Shown here: in pieces, positions 1-8,657 of the stretch
How the letters are laid out: every line of letters begins with the position of its first letter
How positions within the stretch are numbered: the first letter of the stretch is position 1
NCBI GenBank assembly: GCA_045545475.1
Contig: JAZQAZ010000014.1
Location: 1-64,000 of the forward strand
Length of the DNA stretch: 64,000 nucleotides
Direction of reading: 5' to 3'
DNA from: Clostridia bacterium
GTDB taxonomy: Bacteria; Bacillota; Clostridia; CAKSNL01; HGM11501
Translations under genes and position numbers: made by a program
Notes under the pieces: generated by a model
The model's input: the letters and a program-made list of their open reading frames with translations, nothing else
Told to the model about the DNA's origin: nothing
The model's database searches: none

Positions 1-143
1 ATACAAATCCACATTACTTATTTATATAATATCAATATACAAAACCGTAATCAACCACGGATTTAAAAGGTTGATAGAAAGGAGAAAGGTATATTTGTAA
101 TGACTGTTAGATGAGTCATTTACATTATACCAGGAATAAAATT

Positions 144-560
144 ATGGAAGAAAAAGATTTGGTTAATACATCCTGTGACAGCGTAAAAATTTCTGATGAG
201 GTTATATCTGTGATAACAGGCATTGCTGCTTCTGAAACAGAGGGAGTGGCTTCTGTTGGTGTGGGAAGCATTGCGTCGAACTGGGCTGAACTTATATCCG
301 GTAAAAAAGGTAAAAATCCTTCAAAGGGTATAAAGGTTGAACTTACCGAGGACGGAGTTAATATTGAAATACAGCTTGTTGTAAAATACGGGGTAAGTAT
401 TCCGGAAGTTGCGGCGAATGTGCAGTACGGAGTTAAAAATGCAGTTGAAGAAATGACAGGCTTAAAGGTTGAAAAGATTGACGTTAAGGTTGTCGGAATT
501 AAAACCGTGGCTGAAGAAAAAAAGGCGGAACTGAAAGAAGAAGCCGAAGAAAAGGAATGA
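144..560 (+). CDS. Asp23/Gls24 family envelope stress response protein
   Basis: VKISDEVISVITGIAA...KGIKVE...VKYGVSIPEVAANVQ..VKNAVEEMTGL.V..IDV.V.G matches the Asp23 pattern; start moved to ATG144 (ORF track starts at 111). Confidence 0.9.
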   Translation: MEEKDLVNTSCDSVKISDEVISVITGIAASETEGVASVGVGSIASNWAELISGKKGKNPSKGIKVELTEDGVNIEIQLVVKYGVSIPEVAANVQYGVKNAVEEMTGLKVEKIDVKVVGIKTVAEEKKAELKEEAEEKE

Positions 561-1366
561 GCCTTATGAGAATAGCCGTTATTCCCAATACGGGAAAAGA
601 AGGCACAGAAAGCCTGGCTGAGACCATACTTGGCGAGTTTTCCGACAACTGCTTCCTGGTAAAGGATTTTAATTGCACGGAAAAATTCGATGCCGCATTG
701 GTCCTCGGCGGGGATGGCACGATGCTCCGTGCGGTAAAAGCCTTTGGGGATGTTCCGGTACTCGGAATAAATTTCGGAACCGTTGGATATATGGCCTCTG
801 TCGAAAAAGAAAGTGCCATAGATGCAGTAAGAAAGCTTCTTTCGGGTAAGTATATGGTTGAAGAGCGTATGATGCTTTCTGTCAAGGTTAAAAGGGACGG
901 CAGGGTGATAAGTGAAAGCAATGCCCTAAATGACGGAGTGATAACAAGAAGCGAGAGAATTTTGTCTTTAAGTGAGAAATTCAACGAAAGACTTATTTAT
1001 TCGTTTTCGGGAGACGGAATAATTGTGGCGACGCCTACAGGCTCCACTGCATATTCGCTCTCTGCAGGCGGTCCTGTTGCACCGCCGGATATGCAAATGA
1101 TTATAACAACACCGGTTTGCCCCCATTCCATACATATAAGGCCTGTGATAGCATCAGGAGATACGGTGGTAAAAATAAAGCTTTCCGATATAATGGGGAA
1201 TTCGGGAATGCTTAATGTGGACGGACAGAATGTTACGCCTCTTATTTGCGGAGATGAGGTTGTGTTTGAGCGTTCATGTAAAACTGCAAAGCTTATTTTC
1301 CTTGAAGAAAAGAATTTTTACGATATATTAAGATATAAGCTTTCCGGAGAAAAAGGAGAAAGATGA
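557..1366 (+). CDS. nadK: NAD(+) kinase
   Basis: GGDGT, NFGTVGYM, ALND and DGIIVATPTGSTAYSLSAGGP motifs; lies upstream of argR. Confidence 0.95.
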   Translation: MSLMRIAVIPNTGKEGTESLAETILGEFSDNCFLVKDFNCTEKFDAALVLGGDGTMLRAVKAFGDVPVLGINFGTVGYMASVEKESAIDAVRKLLSGKYMVEERMMLSVKVKRDGRVISESNALNDGVITRSERILSLSEKFNERLIYSFSGDGIIVATPTGSTAYSLSAGGPVAPPDMQMIITTPVCPHSIHIRPVIASGDTVVKIKLSDIMGNSGMLNVDGQNVTPLICGDEVVFERSCKTAKLIFLEEKNFYDILRYKLSGEKGER

Positions 1367-1812
1367 TGAGAGCTACAAGACAAAATGCAATACTTGCATT
1401 GGTTTCGGAATATGAAATACAAACCCAGGAGGAGCTTTCCGAGAAGCTTCGTAAAATGGGATATGAGGTTACTCAGGCTACGGTTTCCAGGGATATTAAG
1501 GAGCTTAGGCTTGTAAAGGTGAGAAACGACAGCGGCATTGTTTGTTACCGTGCAGATTCCCAGACGGAGACAAGTGACGTTGAACAGCGTCTCCGTTCCA
1601 TATTAAAACACAGCATGGTATCTTTGGATTCTGCAGAAAACGATGTTGTTATAAAAACTCTTCCCGGTGTAGCTCAGGCTGCGGCTGCGGCAATTGATGC
1701 TATGCATTGGAACGAAATCGTAGGTTCTATTGCGGGTGATGATACAATTTTGATGGTTACACGTTCTGCAAAAACTGCTATTGACGTAATAGAGAAGCTT
1801 AAAAGAATATAA
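1363..1812 (+). CDS. argR: Arginine repressor
   Basis: TQEEL...VTQATVSRDIKEL winged helix and C-terminal GSIAGDDT. Confidence 0.97.
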   Translation: MMRATRQNAILALVSEYEIQTQEELSEKLRKMGYEVTQATVSRDIKELRLVKVRNDSGIVCYRADSQTETSDVEQRLRSILKHSMVSLDSAENDVVIKTLPGVAQAAAAAIDAMHWNEIVGSIAGDDTILMVTRSAKTAIDVIEKLKRI

Positions 1813-1815
1813 CGG

Positions 1816-1841
1816 ATGCGTCCGGTGACGGACGCATTTTT
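1816..1841 (+). terminator. Rho-independent terminator after argR
   Basis: ATGCGTCCG-gtga-CGGACGCAT stem followed by a T run. Confidence 0.7.
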
Positions 1842-1852
1842 ATGGGTGGAAT

Positions 1853-3259
1853 ATGCTTAAGAAATATATAGGGACAAAAGAATTTTACAAAATGGTAATG
1901 CTTGTGGCATTGCCCATAATGATACAAAACGGATTTACCAATATAGTAAATATGGTGGATAACGTTATGGTAGGCCGTGTTGGAACGGATGCCATGAACG
2001 GAGTTTCCATTGTGAATCAGCTTTTGATGGTTTATAACTTAAGCGTGTTTGGTGCACTTTCCGGAGCAGGTATTTTCGTTTCTCAGTTTTTTGGGAAAGG
2101 AGACAAAGAAGGGGTAAAGAATGTATTCAGGATAAAAATGGTTATTTCGGTTTTCCTTGTTTTAATCGGTGTTTCCGTTCTTTATTTTTTAAGGGAACCG
2201 CTTATTATGAGCTTTATAAACGATGGAAGCGAGATAGGGGATCCTGTAAAAACCCTTGCCTTTGCGGATGGTTATATAAAGATAATGCTCGTGGGACTTA
2301 TTCCCTTTACCGTTAACCAATGTCTTATTTCAAATATGAGGGAAACGGGAGAAACTTTAATTCCCATGTATGCGGGAATAGCTGCGGTTATAGTTAATAT
2401 ATGTTTCAACTATGTGCTTATTTTCGGTAAATTGGGCTTTCCCGAAATGGGGGTTAGTGGTGCGGCAACAGCAACTGTTATATCAAGATTTGCAGAATGT
2501 ATAATCGTTCTTTTTATAGCGATAAGGAAGAAGGAACGCTTCAGCTATATAGACGGGGTTTTCAAGAATTTTCGCGTGTCTGCATCTCTTACCAAAAACG
2601 TGCTTTCAAAGGGTATTCCCCTTATGCTTAACGAATTTTTGTGGTCAACGGGAATGACAATGCTTGCCCTTGCATATTCCACAAGAGGACTTGCAACGGT
2701 GGGTGCGGTAAATATATGCAACACCGTAACAAATGTATTTAACATAGTGTTCATTGCACTGGGTTCAAGCGTTGCGATTATTGTGGGACAAACCTTGGGT
2801 GCCGGTAAACTCCAAGAAGCAAGGGATACTGACAACAAGCTTATTGCCTTTTCTGTTGTAAGCTGTGTTTTCGTGGGAATTATAATGATTATAATTGCAC
2901 CATTCTTCCCGGAAATTTACAATACGGAAGAAGAAGTTAAGCGTCTGGCAAGGGACTTTATCATAATAATGGCAATAATGATGCCCTTTGATGCATATTC
3001 GCATGCGGCATATTTTACATTAAGGTCAGGCGGAAAGACCGGGATAACCTTTATATTTGATAGCGGCTATATGTGGCTTATCTCTGTTCCCTTGGCACTT
3101 GTACTTGCATATTTTACTGAGATTTCTGCGGTGATGCTGTTTTTATGCTGCCAGCTGGCACATATGTTAAAGGCATTTATAGGATATTTCTTTGTACGAA
3201 GCGACATATGGATTGTAAATATGGTCGGTGAAAAAAATGAAAATAATTGCGAAAATTAA
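1853..3259 (+). CDS. MATE family efflux transporter
   Basis: About 12 hydrophobic segments, VALPIMIQ, VDNVMVGRVG, SQFFG, MGVSGAATATVISR, two-fold internal repeat. Confidence 0.93.
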   Translation: MLKKYIGTKEFYKMVMLVALPIMIQNGFTNIVNMVDNVMVGRVGTDAMNGVSIVNQLLMVYNLSVFGALSGAGIFVSQFFGKGDKEGVKNVFRIKMVISVFLVLIGVSVLYFLREPLIMSFINDGSEIGDPVKTLAFADGYIKIMLVGLIPFTVNQCLISNMRETGETLIPMYAGIAAVIVNICFNYVLIFGKLGFPEMGVSGAATATVISRFAECIIVLFIAIRKKERFSYIDGVFKNFRVSASLTKNVLSKGIPLMLNEFLWSTGMTMLALAYSTRGLATVGAVNICNTVTNVFNIVFIALGSSVAIIVGQTLGAGKLQEARDTDNKLIAFSVVSCVFVGIIMIIIAPFFPEIYNTEEEVKRLARDFIIIMAIMMPFDAYSHAAYFTLRSGGKTGITFIFDSGYMWLISVPLALVLAYFTEISAVMLFLCCQLAHMLKAFIGYFFVRSDIWIVNMVGEKNENNCEN

Positions 3260-3926
3260 GTCGGATTTTCCGGGGAAGTTCGGAATACCAAGGCAAAGCG
3301 GCCTCATAGAAGAACTTACGGCAACGGTGGTTTTCGAGGAAGAATTCAGAGTTGATGAAGCACTTCGCGGGATAGAGGACTTTACGCATCTTTGGCTTAT
3401 ATGGGAGTTTTCTGAAAATAAAAGGGATACCTGGTCGCCCACGGTGAGACCTCCGAGACTCGGTGGGAATAGGAGAGTTGGTGTTTTTGCCACAAGGTCA
3501 AGCTTTCGGCCGAATGCACTGGGGCTTTCATCGGTTAAACTTTTAGGAGTTGAAAAAACAAAAGAATTCGGCACGGTTTTGCATGTAGCCGGTGCCGATT
3601 TAATGGACGGAACTCCTGTTTATGACATAAAGCCTTATCTGCCATTTACTGATTCACATCCGGAAGCATCAGGCTCTTTTGCTGAAGAAAGGCTTTCCTA
3701 CTCACTTAAGGTTGATATAGCTGAGGATGTTAAAAAGGCAATCCCCGAGGATAAGCTTTCTGCTGTTGTTAAAATTTTGGAGAGCGATCCACGCCCTGCT
3801 TACAATGATGATGCGGACAGAATATTCGCCTTCGAATACGCATCGCTTCATCTTGAATTTAAGGTGTCGGATAACACGCTTACACTTTTAAGCGTTAATA
3901 ATATAAATACTGAAAAGGAGGACTAA
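3237..3926 (+). CDS. trmO: tRNA m6t6A37 methyltransferase TrmO (TsaA)
   Basis: KFGIPRQSG, VRPPRLGGN, GVFATRS..RPN, DLMDGTPVYDIKPY. Confidence 0.93.
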   Translation: MKIIAKIKSDFPGKFGIPRQSGLIEELTATVVFEEEFRVDEALRGIEDFTHLWLIWEFSENKRDTWSPTVRPPRLGGNRRVGVFATRSSFRPNALGLSSVKLLGVEKTKEFGTVLHVAGADLMDGTPVYDIKPYLPFTDSHPEASGSFAEERLSYSLKVDIAEDVKKAIPEDKLSAVVKILESDPRPAYNDDADRIFAFEYASLHLEFKVSDNTLTLLSVNNINTEKED

Positions 3927-3929
3927 ATA

Positions 3930-4247
3930 ATGGAGAAGTATGCATGGAAAGGTATGATTAAGGAAGGGGCACTTGATGAATATATCAAGCGTCATAATGA
4001 GATATGGCCTGAGATGGTTGAGGTATTGAAGGCGGCAGGGATTAAAAACTATACCATATGGAACGTAGGCTGTGAAATGTTCGGATATTACGAGTGCGAA
4101 AAGGGAGTTGAATATGCAGCCAAGGTTCAGGCAGAAAGTCCTGTTGTAGATAAATGGAATGAATATATGAAGGATATTCTGATTATGGAAATGGATCCCG
4201 AAACAGGAGCACAGCCGCTCCTTAAGAAGGTATTCACACTTGACTAA
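3930..4247 (+). CDS. rhaM: L-rhamnose mutarotase
   Basis: EYIKRHNEIWPEM, GIKNYTIW, KWNEYM; AGGAGG RBS. Confidence 0.88.
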   Translation: MEKYAWKGMIKEGALDEYIKRHNEIWPEMVEVLKAAGIKNYTIWNVGCEMFGYYECEKGVEYAAKVQAESPVVDKWNEYMKDILIMEMDPETGAQPLLKKVFTLD

Positions 4248-4259
4248 AGGAGAATGACT

Positions 4260-4838
4260 ATGAAAAGATTATCAGCTGTTATACTTACACTTGCAATTGC
4301 ATTTACCCTTGTGGGTTGCGGCAAAGATTCAAGAGAGGTGAAATATGCAGAATCACCTTCTGCCACAATTCCTGAAAAAGGAAAAATAACGGGAGATTTA
4401 TACGAAAGTGCTTTTGCGGACCTCACCTTTACAAAGCCTGAAGGATGGGAATTTGCCACAGATGAAGAAAAAGCAAGCCTTGAAGCGGGAGAAGGAATGT
4501 ATTATGACATGCTTTGCCAGGATCCCGAAACGGGTTCTCAGGTTGCTGTGATTTTTGAAGAAGTATTGCTTACTGTTGGAAACATTGCCATTACAGAAGA
4601 CGAGTATATCGAAGCTATATCTGAAGGTCTTTACAATTCAGGCCTTGAAGTTCTTTCGCAGGAGGATAAAGAGGTTGGGAAAAATACATATAAGACCGTA
4701 ACGGTTTACGGAGAGTCCGAAGAACTCACCGTTATGCAGACCTCTATGGCCCGTAAGGTGGGAAACACCATGATTTCTGTTATTGCTGTAGCTTTTAATG
4801 ATGATAACATATACGATATATTGGATTGCTTTGAATAG
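4260..4838 (+). CDS. Hypothetical lipoprotein
   Basis: Signal peptide with lipobox LVG-C; acidic mature domain; AAGGAG RBS. Confidence 0.75.
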   Translation: MKRLSAVILTLAIAFTLVGCGKDSREVKYAESPSATIPEKGKITGDLYESAFADLTFTKPEGWEFATDEEKASLEAGEGMYYDMLCQDPETGSQVAVIFEEVLLTVGNIAITEDEYIEAISEGLYNSGLEVLSQEDKEVGKNTYKTVTVYGESEELTVMQTSMARKVGNTMISVIAVAFNDDNIYDILDCFE

Positions 4839-4849
4839 GAGTTAAGATA

Positions 4850-5818
4850 ATGGAAAAGGTATTGTTAAACGGCACAGACCTTTATGTAAGTCCTGTTGCT
4901 CTGGGAACGGATTCTTACGGACTTTTAACAAATGAAGAAGAGTCTTATGCACTTCTTGACGAATTTTTCGCACTTGGCGGAAATCTTCTTGATACGGCAC
5001 TTATTTATTCTGACTGGGTACCCGGCGAAAAGAGTAGAAGTGAAAAGCTACTTGGCCGTTGGATGAAGCACCGAGGAAAACGTGATGATGTTATAATTTC
5101 CACAAAAGGCTCACATCCCGATTTTGCAACAATGAATGTTCATCGTCTTTCGGAGAAAGACATAAGGGGAGATCTTGAAAAGAGCCTTAAGCATTTAGGT
5201 ACTGACTATATAGATATTTACTGGCTCCACCGAGATGCAGAAGAACTGCCGGTCGACGGAATTATGGATACTCTCGGCTCTTTTGTGAAAGAAGGAAAGG
5301 TTCGCTATATCGGCGTTTCAAACTGGACGAACAGAAGAATTGCCGAAGCAAACGGGTATGCAAAAAAGAACAATCTTCCCTTAATCTCATCAAGCCAGAT
5401 TCAGTACAGCGTTGCCGAAGGCATCAAAGAGATGGGGGATCCCACTTTGGTATTGATGAACGATGAAGAATATAAGTTCTTCAAAGATACCAAAATGCCC
5501 GTATTTGCTTTTGAATCTCAGGCAAAAGGCTTTTTCTCAAAGCTTGATATTTTGGGAATAGAAGAAGTAAAAAGCAAAAAAGCTTATGCCAGATTTATGA
5601 CGGAGAAAAACCTTAAGCGTTTTGAAATAATAAAGGAGCTTTCGCTTAAATATTCCGTAAGTGTTGCCGAAATTGTTATAGCAACACTTTGCTCAAACGA
5701 AGATTTTCAGACAATTCCCATTGTGGGATGTAAAAATTCTGTACATCTTCAAAGTTCCGCTTCAGGTACTTCCTTAAAGCTTACCCAAGCGGAAGTTGAT
5801 TCGCTTATAAAACTGTGA
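4850..5818 (+). CDS. Aldo/keto reductase
   Basis: LDTALIY, SEKLLG, STKG, SLKHLGTDYIDIYWLHRD, GKVRYIGVSNW. Confidence 0.93.
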   Translation: MEKVLLNGTDLYVSPVALGTDSYGLLTNEEESYALLDEFFALGGNLLDTALIYSDWVPGEKSRSEKLLGRWMKHRGKRDDVIISTKGSHPDFATMNVHRLSEKDIRGDLEKSLKHLGTDYIDIYWLHRDAEELPVDGIMDTLGSFVKEGKVRYIGVSNWTNRRIAEANGYAKKNNLPLISSSQIQYSVAEGIKEMGDPTLVLMNDEEYKFFKDTKMPVFAFESQAKGFFSKLDILGIEEVKSKKAYARFMTEKNLKRFEIIKELSLKYSVSVAEIVIATLCSNEDFQTIPIVGCKNSVHLQSSASGTSLKLTQAEVDSLIKL

Positions 5819-5819
5819 T

Positions 5820-5850
5820 AAAAACCCTCGCTTTGCGAGGGTTTTTCTTT
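5820..5850 (+). terminator. Rho-independent terminator
   Basis: AAAACCCTCGC-ttt-GCGAGGGTTTT followed by a T-rich run. Confidence 0.85.
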
Positions 5851-5871
5851 TGGTTATGGTCATAATTGGGG

Positions 5872-5900
5872 TTGACTTTGATATGTATAAGTGGTATAAT
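5872..5900 (+). promoter_or_regulatory. Sigma-A promoter of alaS
   Basis: TTGACT-N17-TATAAT with extended -10 TG. Confidence 0.8.
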
Positions 5901-5952
5901 ATAGTGATTAAAATAGGTGTAGTATGTACACCGATTGAAAGGTAGATGCGAA

Positions 5953-8580
5953 ATGCAGAAATTAGGACTTAACGAAATAAGAGAAAAATATCTTGCATTT
6001 TTCGAAACAAAGGGACATCTTCGTATGCCGAGCTTCCCCCTTGTTCCGAAAAATGACCCCTCGGTACTTCTTATAAATGCGGGAATGACTCCCTTAAAGC
6101 CTTACTTCACAGGAAAGGAAACTCCCCCCAGAAAGAGAGTTACCACCTGCCAGAAGTGTATCAGAACTCCCGATATTGAAAACGTAGGACACACAGCCCG
6201 TCACGGCACGTTCTTCGAAATGCTGGGTAACTTCTCCTTCGGTGATTACTTCAAGAAGGAAGTTATTCCCTGGGCGTGGGAATTCATCACAGAGGTTATG
6301 GAAATCCCCGTGGACAGGCTCTGGGTTACCATTTACGAGGATGACGACGAAGCTTATGACATCTGGGCAAACACAGTTGGAGTAAGCCCCGACAGAATCG
6401 TCAGAATGGGCAAGGAAGATAACTTCTGGGAGCACGGAACAGGCCCCTGCGGTCCTTGCTCCGAAATCCACTATGACAGAGGAATGGAATACAGCTGCGG
6501 CAAGCCCGGCTGTAAGCTCGGTTGCGACTGTGACCGCTTTATGGAATTCTGGAATCTCGTATTCACACAGTTCGACAAGGATGAAGAGGGCAACTATAAC
6601 CGCCTTCCCAATCCCAACATCGATACAGGTATGGGACTTGAGCGCTTAGCTGTTATTATGCAGGGCGTAAACAACCTTTTTGAGGTTGACACCATAAGAA
6701 ACATTATGCTTAAAATTTCCGAAATGACCGGCATTAAGTACGGCGATGCGGAAAAGACAGACGTTTCCCTTCGTGCAATAACCGACCATATCAGAAGCAC
6801 CTGTTTTATGATTTCCGACGGTATACTTCCTTCAAACGAGGGAAGAGGCTACGTTCTTCGTAGACTTCTCCGCCGTGCGGCACGTCACGGAAAGTTACTT
6901 GGCTTAAACGGCACATTCTTACACGTTTTGGCTGAAACCGTATTCACAGAAAGCGAAAGTGCATATCCAGAGCTTCGTGAAAACGCCGACTACATAAAGA
7001 AGATTATAAAGCTTGAGGAAGAGCGTTTTGCCGAAACAATCGACCAGGGACTTTCTATTCTTAATGACTATATGGAAGAAACCAAGAAGGCAGGAAAGAC
7101 GGAACTTTCCGGTGAAGATGCATTCCGTCTTTACGATACCTACGGTTTCCCCTTGGACCTTACAATTGACATTGCGGGAGAAAACGGAATGAGCGTTGAT
7201 AAGGAAGGCTTTGATGCTTGTATGCTCAATCAGAGAATGACCGCAAAGAGTGCAAGAGCAGAAAATGCCGACAATGCGTGGAGCTCAGACATTACAATTC
7301 CCGACGAAATCAATCCCGAATTTTTGGGCTATGATGCTTTGGAGTGCGATGCAACGGTTGAAGCCGTAATCGTTGGCGGAAAATTCTGCGAAAGTGCAGC
7401 AGAAGGCGATAATGCTGTTGTATTGTTTGACAGAACCGTATTCTACTCAGAAAGCGGCGGACAGATTGGCGATACCGGTATAGTAGAGGGTGAAGGCTTT
7501 AAGGCCGAGGTTACAAACTGCAAGAAAATCGGCGGCAAGCACACATCCGAAATTACTGTTACTGCAGGCGAAATCAAAAAGGGCGACAAGGTAACCCTCA
7601 TCGTTGATAAAAAGAGAAGAATGGCTATCGCAAGAAACCATTCGACAACTCACCTTCTTCAGAAGGCATTGACAGAAGTTTTGGGAAGCCACGTTGCACA
7701 GGCAGGCTCCTATGTTGATCCTGAAAGACTTCGTTTTGACTTCTCTCACTTTGAAGCAATGACAGCTGAGGAGCTTTCCAGGGTTGAAGCAATGGTAAAC
7801 GAAAAGATTTTGGAAGGTTTATCAATCGAAAAGAGAGAAATGCCCATTGACGAAGCTAAGAAGATGGGTGCAACCGCACTCTTCGGCGAAAAGTACGGCG
7901 AAGTTGTAAGAGTTGTAAAGATGGGCGATTATTCCATCGAATTCTGCGGCGGTACACATCTTGATAACACCAATGAGGCAGGCCTCTTCAAGATTATTTC
8001 CGAAGGCGGCGTTGCAGCAGGTGTAAGAAGAATTGAAGGTGTAACAGGCAGCGGAGTTTTGGCTTACATCGAAAGCAAAAATGCAATTATAAATGAAATT
8101 GCAGGACTTATGAAGTCATCCGAAAGCGCACTTGTTGAAAGAACAAAGGCATTCGTTGAAAAGAATGCTGAGCTTAAAAAGGATTATGATAAGCTTCAGG
8201 CTGAAATTTCCAAGAGCCGAAGCGCAAATCTTACAGACAACGCAGTTGATGTTAAGGGCGTTTCTGTTATTACTGCAAGCGTTGACGGTTCCACCGTTGA
8301 GCAGATGAGAGAGATGATTGACAACTTAAAGGACAAGGTTGCACTTTGTGCAGTTGTATTGTCTTCCGTTACGGACGGTAAGGTTACCTTTGTCGGCGGT
8401 GCAAGTAAGGATGCCGTAGCAAAGGGCGTTCACATCGGTAAGGTTATAAAGGAAGTTGCAGCAATCGCAGGCGGTGGCGGTGGCGGTAAGCCCGACAGCG
8501 CACAGGCAGGCGGTAAGGATGTAACAAAGGCAGCAGATGCCCTCTCCTGCGTTACAAAGGTTATCGAAGGACAGCTTTAA
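5953..8580 (+). CDS. alaS: Alanine--tRNA ligase
   Basis: NAGM, RHGTFFEMLGNFSFGDYFK, IDTGMGLER, HSTTHLL, EFCGGTH, GGGGG C-terminus; GAAAGG RBS before ATG5953. Confidence 0.99.
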   Translation: MQKLGLNEIREKYLAFFETKGHLRMPSFPLVPKNDPSVLLINAGMTPLKPYFTGKETPPRKRVTTCQKCIRTPDIENVGHTARHGTFFEMLGNFSFGDYFKKEVIPWAWEFITEVMEIPVDRLWVTIYEDDDEAYDIWANTVGVSPDRIVRMGKEDNFWEHGTGPCGPCSEIHYDRGMEYSCGKPGCKLGCDCDRFMEFWNLVFTQFDKDEEGNYNRLPNPNIDTGMGLERLAVIMQGVNNLFEVDTIRNIMLKISEMTGIKYGDAEKTDVSLRAITDHIRSTCFMISDGILPSNEGRGYVLRRLLRRAARHGKLLGLNGTFLHVLAETVFTESESAYPELRENADYIKKIIKLEEERFAETIDQGLSILNDYMEETKKAGKTELSGEDAFRLYDTYGFPLDLTIDIAGENGMSVDKEGFDACMLNQRMTAKSARAENADNAWSSDITIPDEINPEFLGYDALECDATVEAVIVGGKFCESAAEGDNAVVLFDRTVFYSESGGQIGDTGIVEGEGFKAEVTNCKKIGGKHTSEITVTAGEIKKGDKVTLIVDKKRRMAIARNHSTTHLLQKALTEVLGSHVAQAGSYVDPERLRFDFSHFEAMTAEELSRVEAMVNEKILEGLSIEKREMPIDEAKKMGATALFGEKYGEVVRVVKMGDYSIEFCGGTHLDNTNEAGLFKIISEGGVAAGVRRIEGVTGSGVLAYIESKNAIINEIAGLMKSSESALVERTKAFVEKNAELKKDYDKLQAEISKSRSANLTDNAVDVKGVSVITASVDGSTVEQMREMIDNLKDKVALCAVVLSSVTDGKVTFVGGASKDAVAKGVHIGKVIKEVAAIAGGGGGGKPDSAQAGGKDVTKAADALSCVTKVIEGQL

Positions 8581-8612
8581 TAAAAATGCCGGATTTGCGG
8601 CAAAGAGATAAT

Positions 8613-8642
8613 AAAAGCCGCTGATTTTTTCAGCGGCTTTTT
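8613..8642 (+). terminator. Rho-independent terminator after alaS
   Basis: AAAAGCCGCTGA...TCAGCGGCTTTTT. Confidence 0.85.
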
Positions 8643-8657
8643 GCAAAGGAGGATGCT

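Noticed and set aside
40-75. Short dyads at the window start as a possible mobile-element end
   Set aside because: Arms are only about 7 bp and there is no upstream context in the window to support the call.
5900-5952. T-box leader for alaS
   Set aside because: Only about 50 nt lie between the -10 and the start, and no T-box motif or antiterminator is visible.
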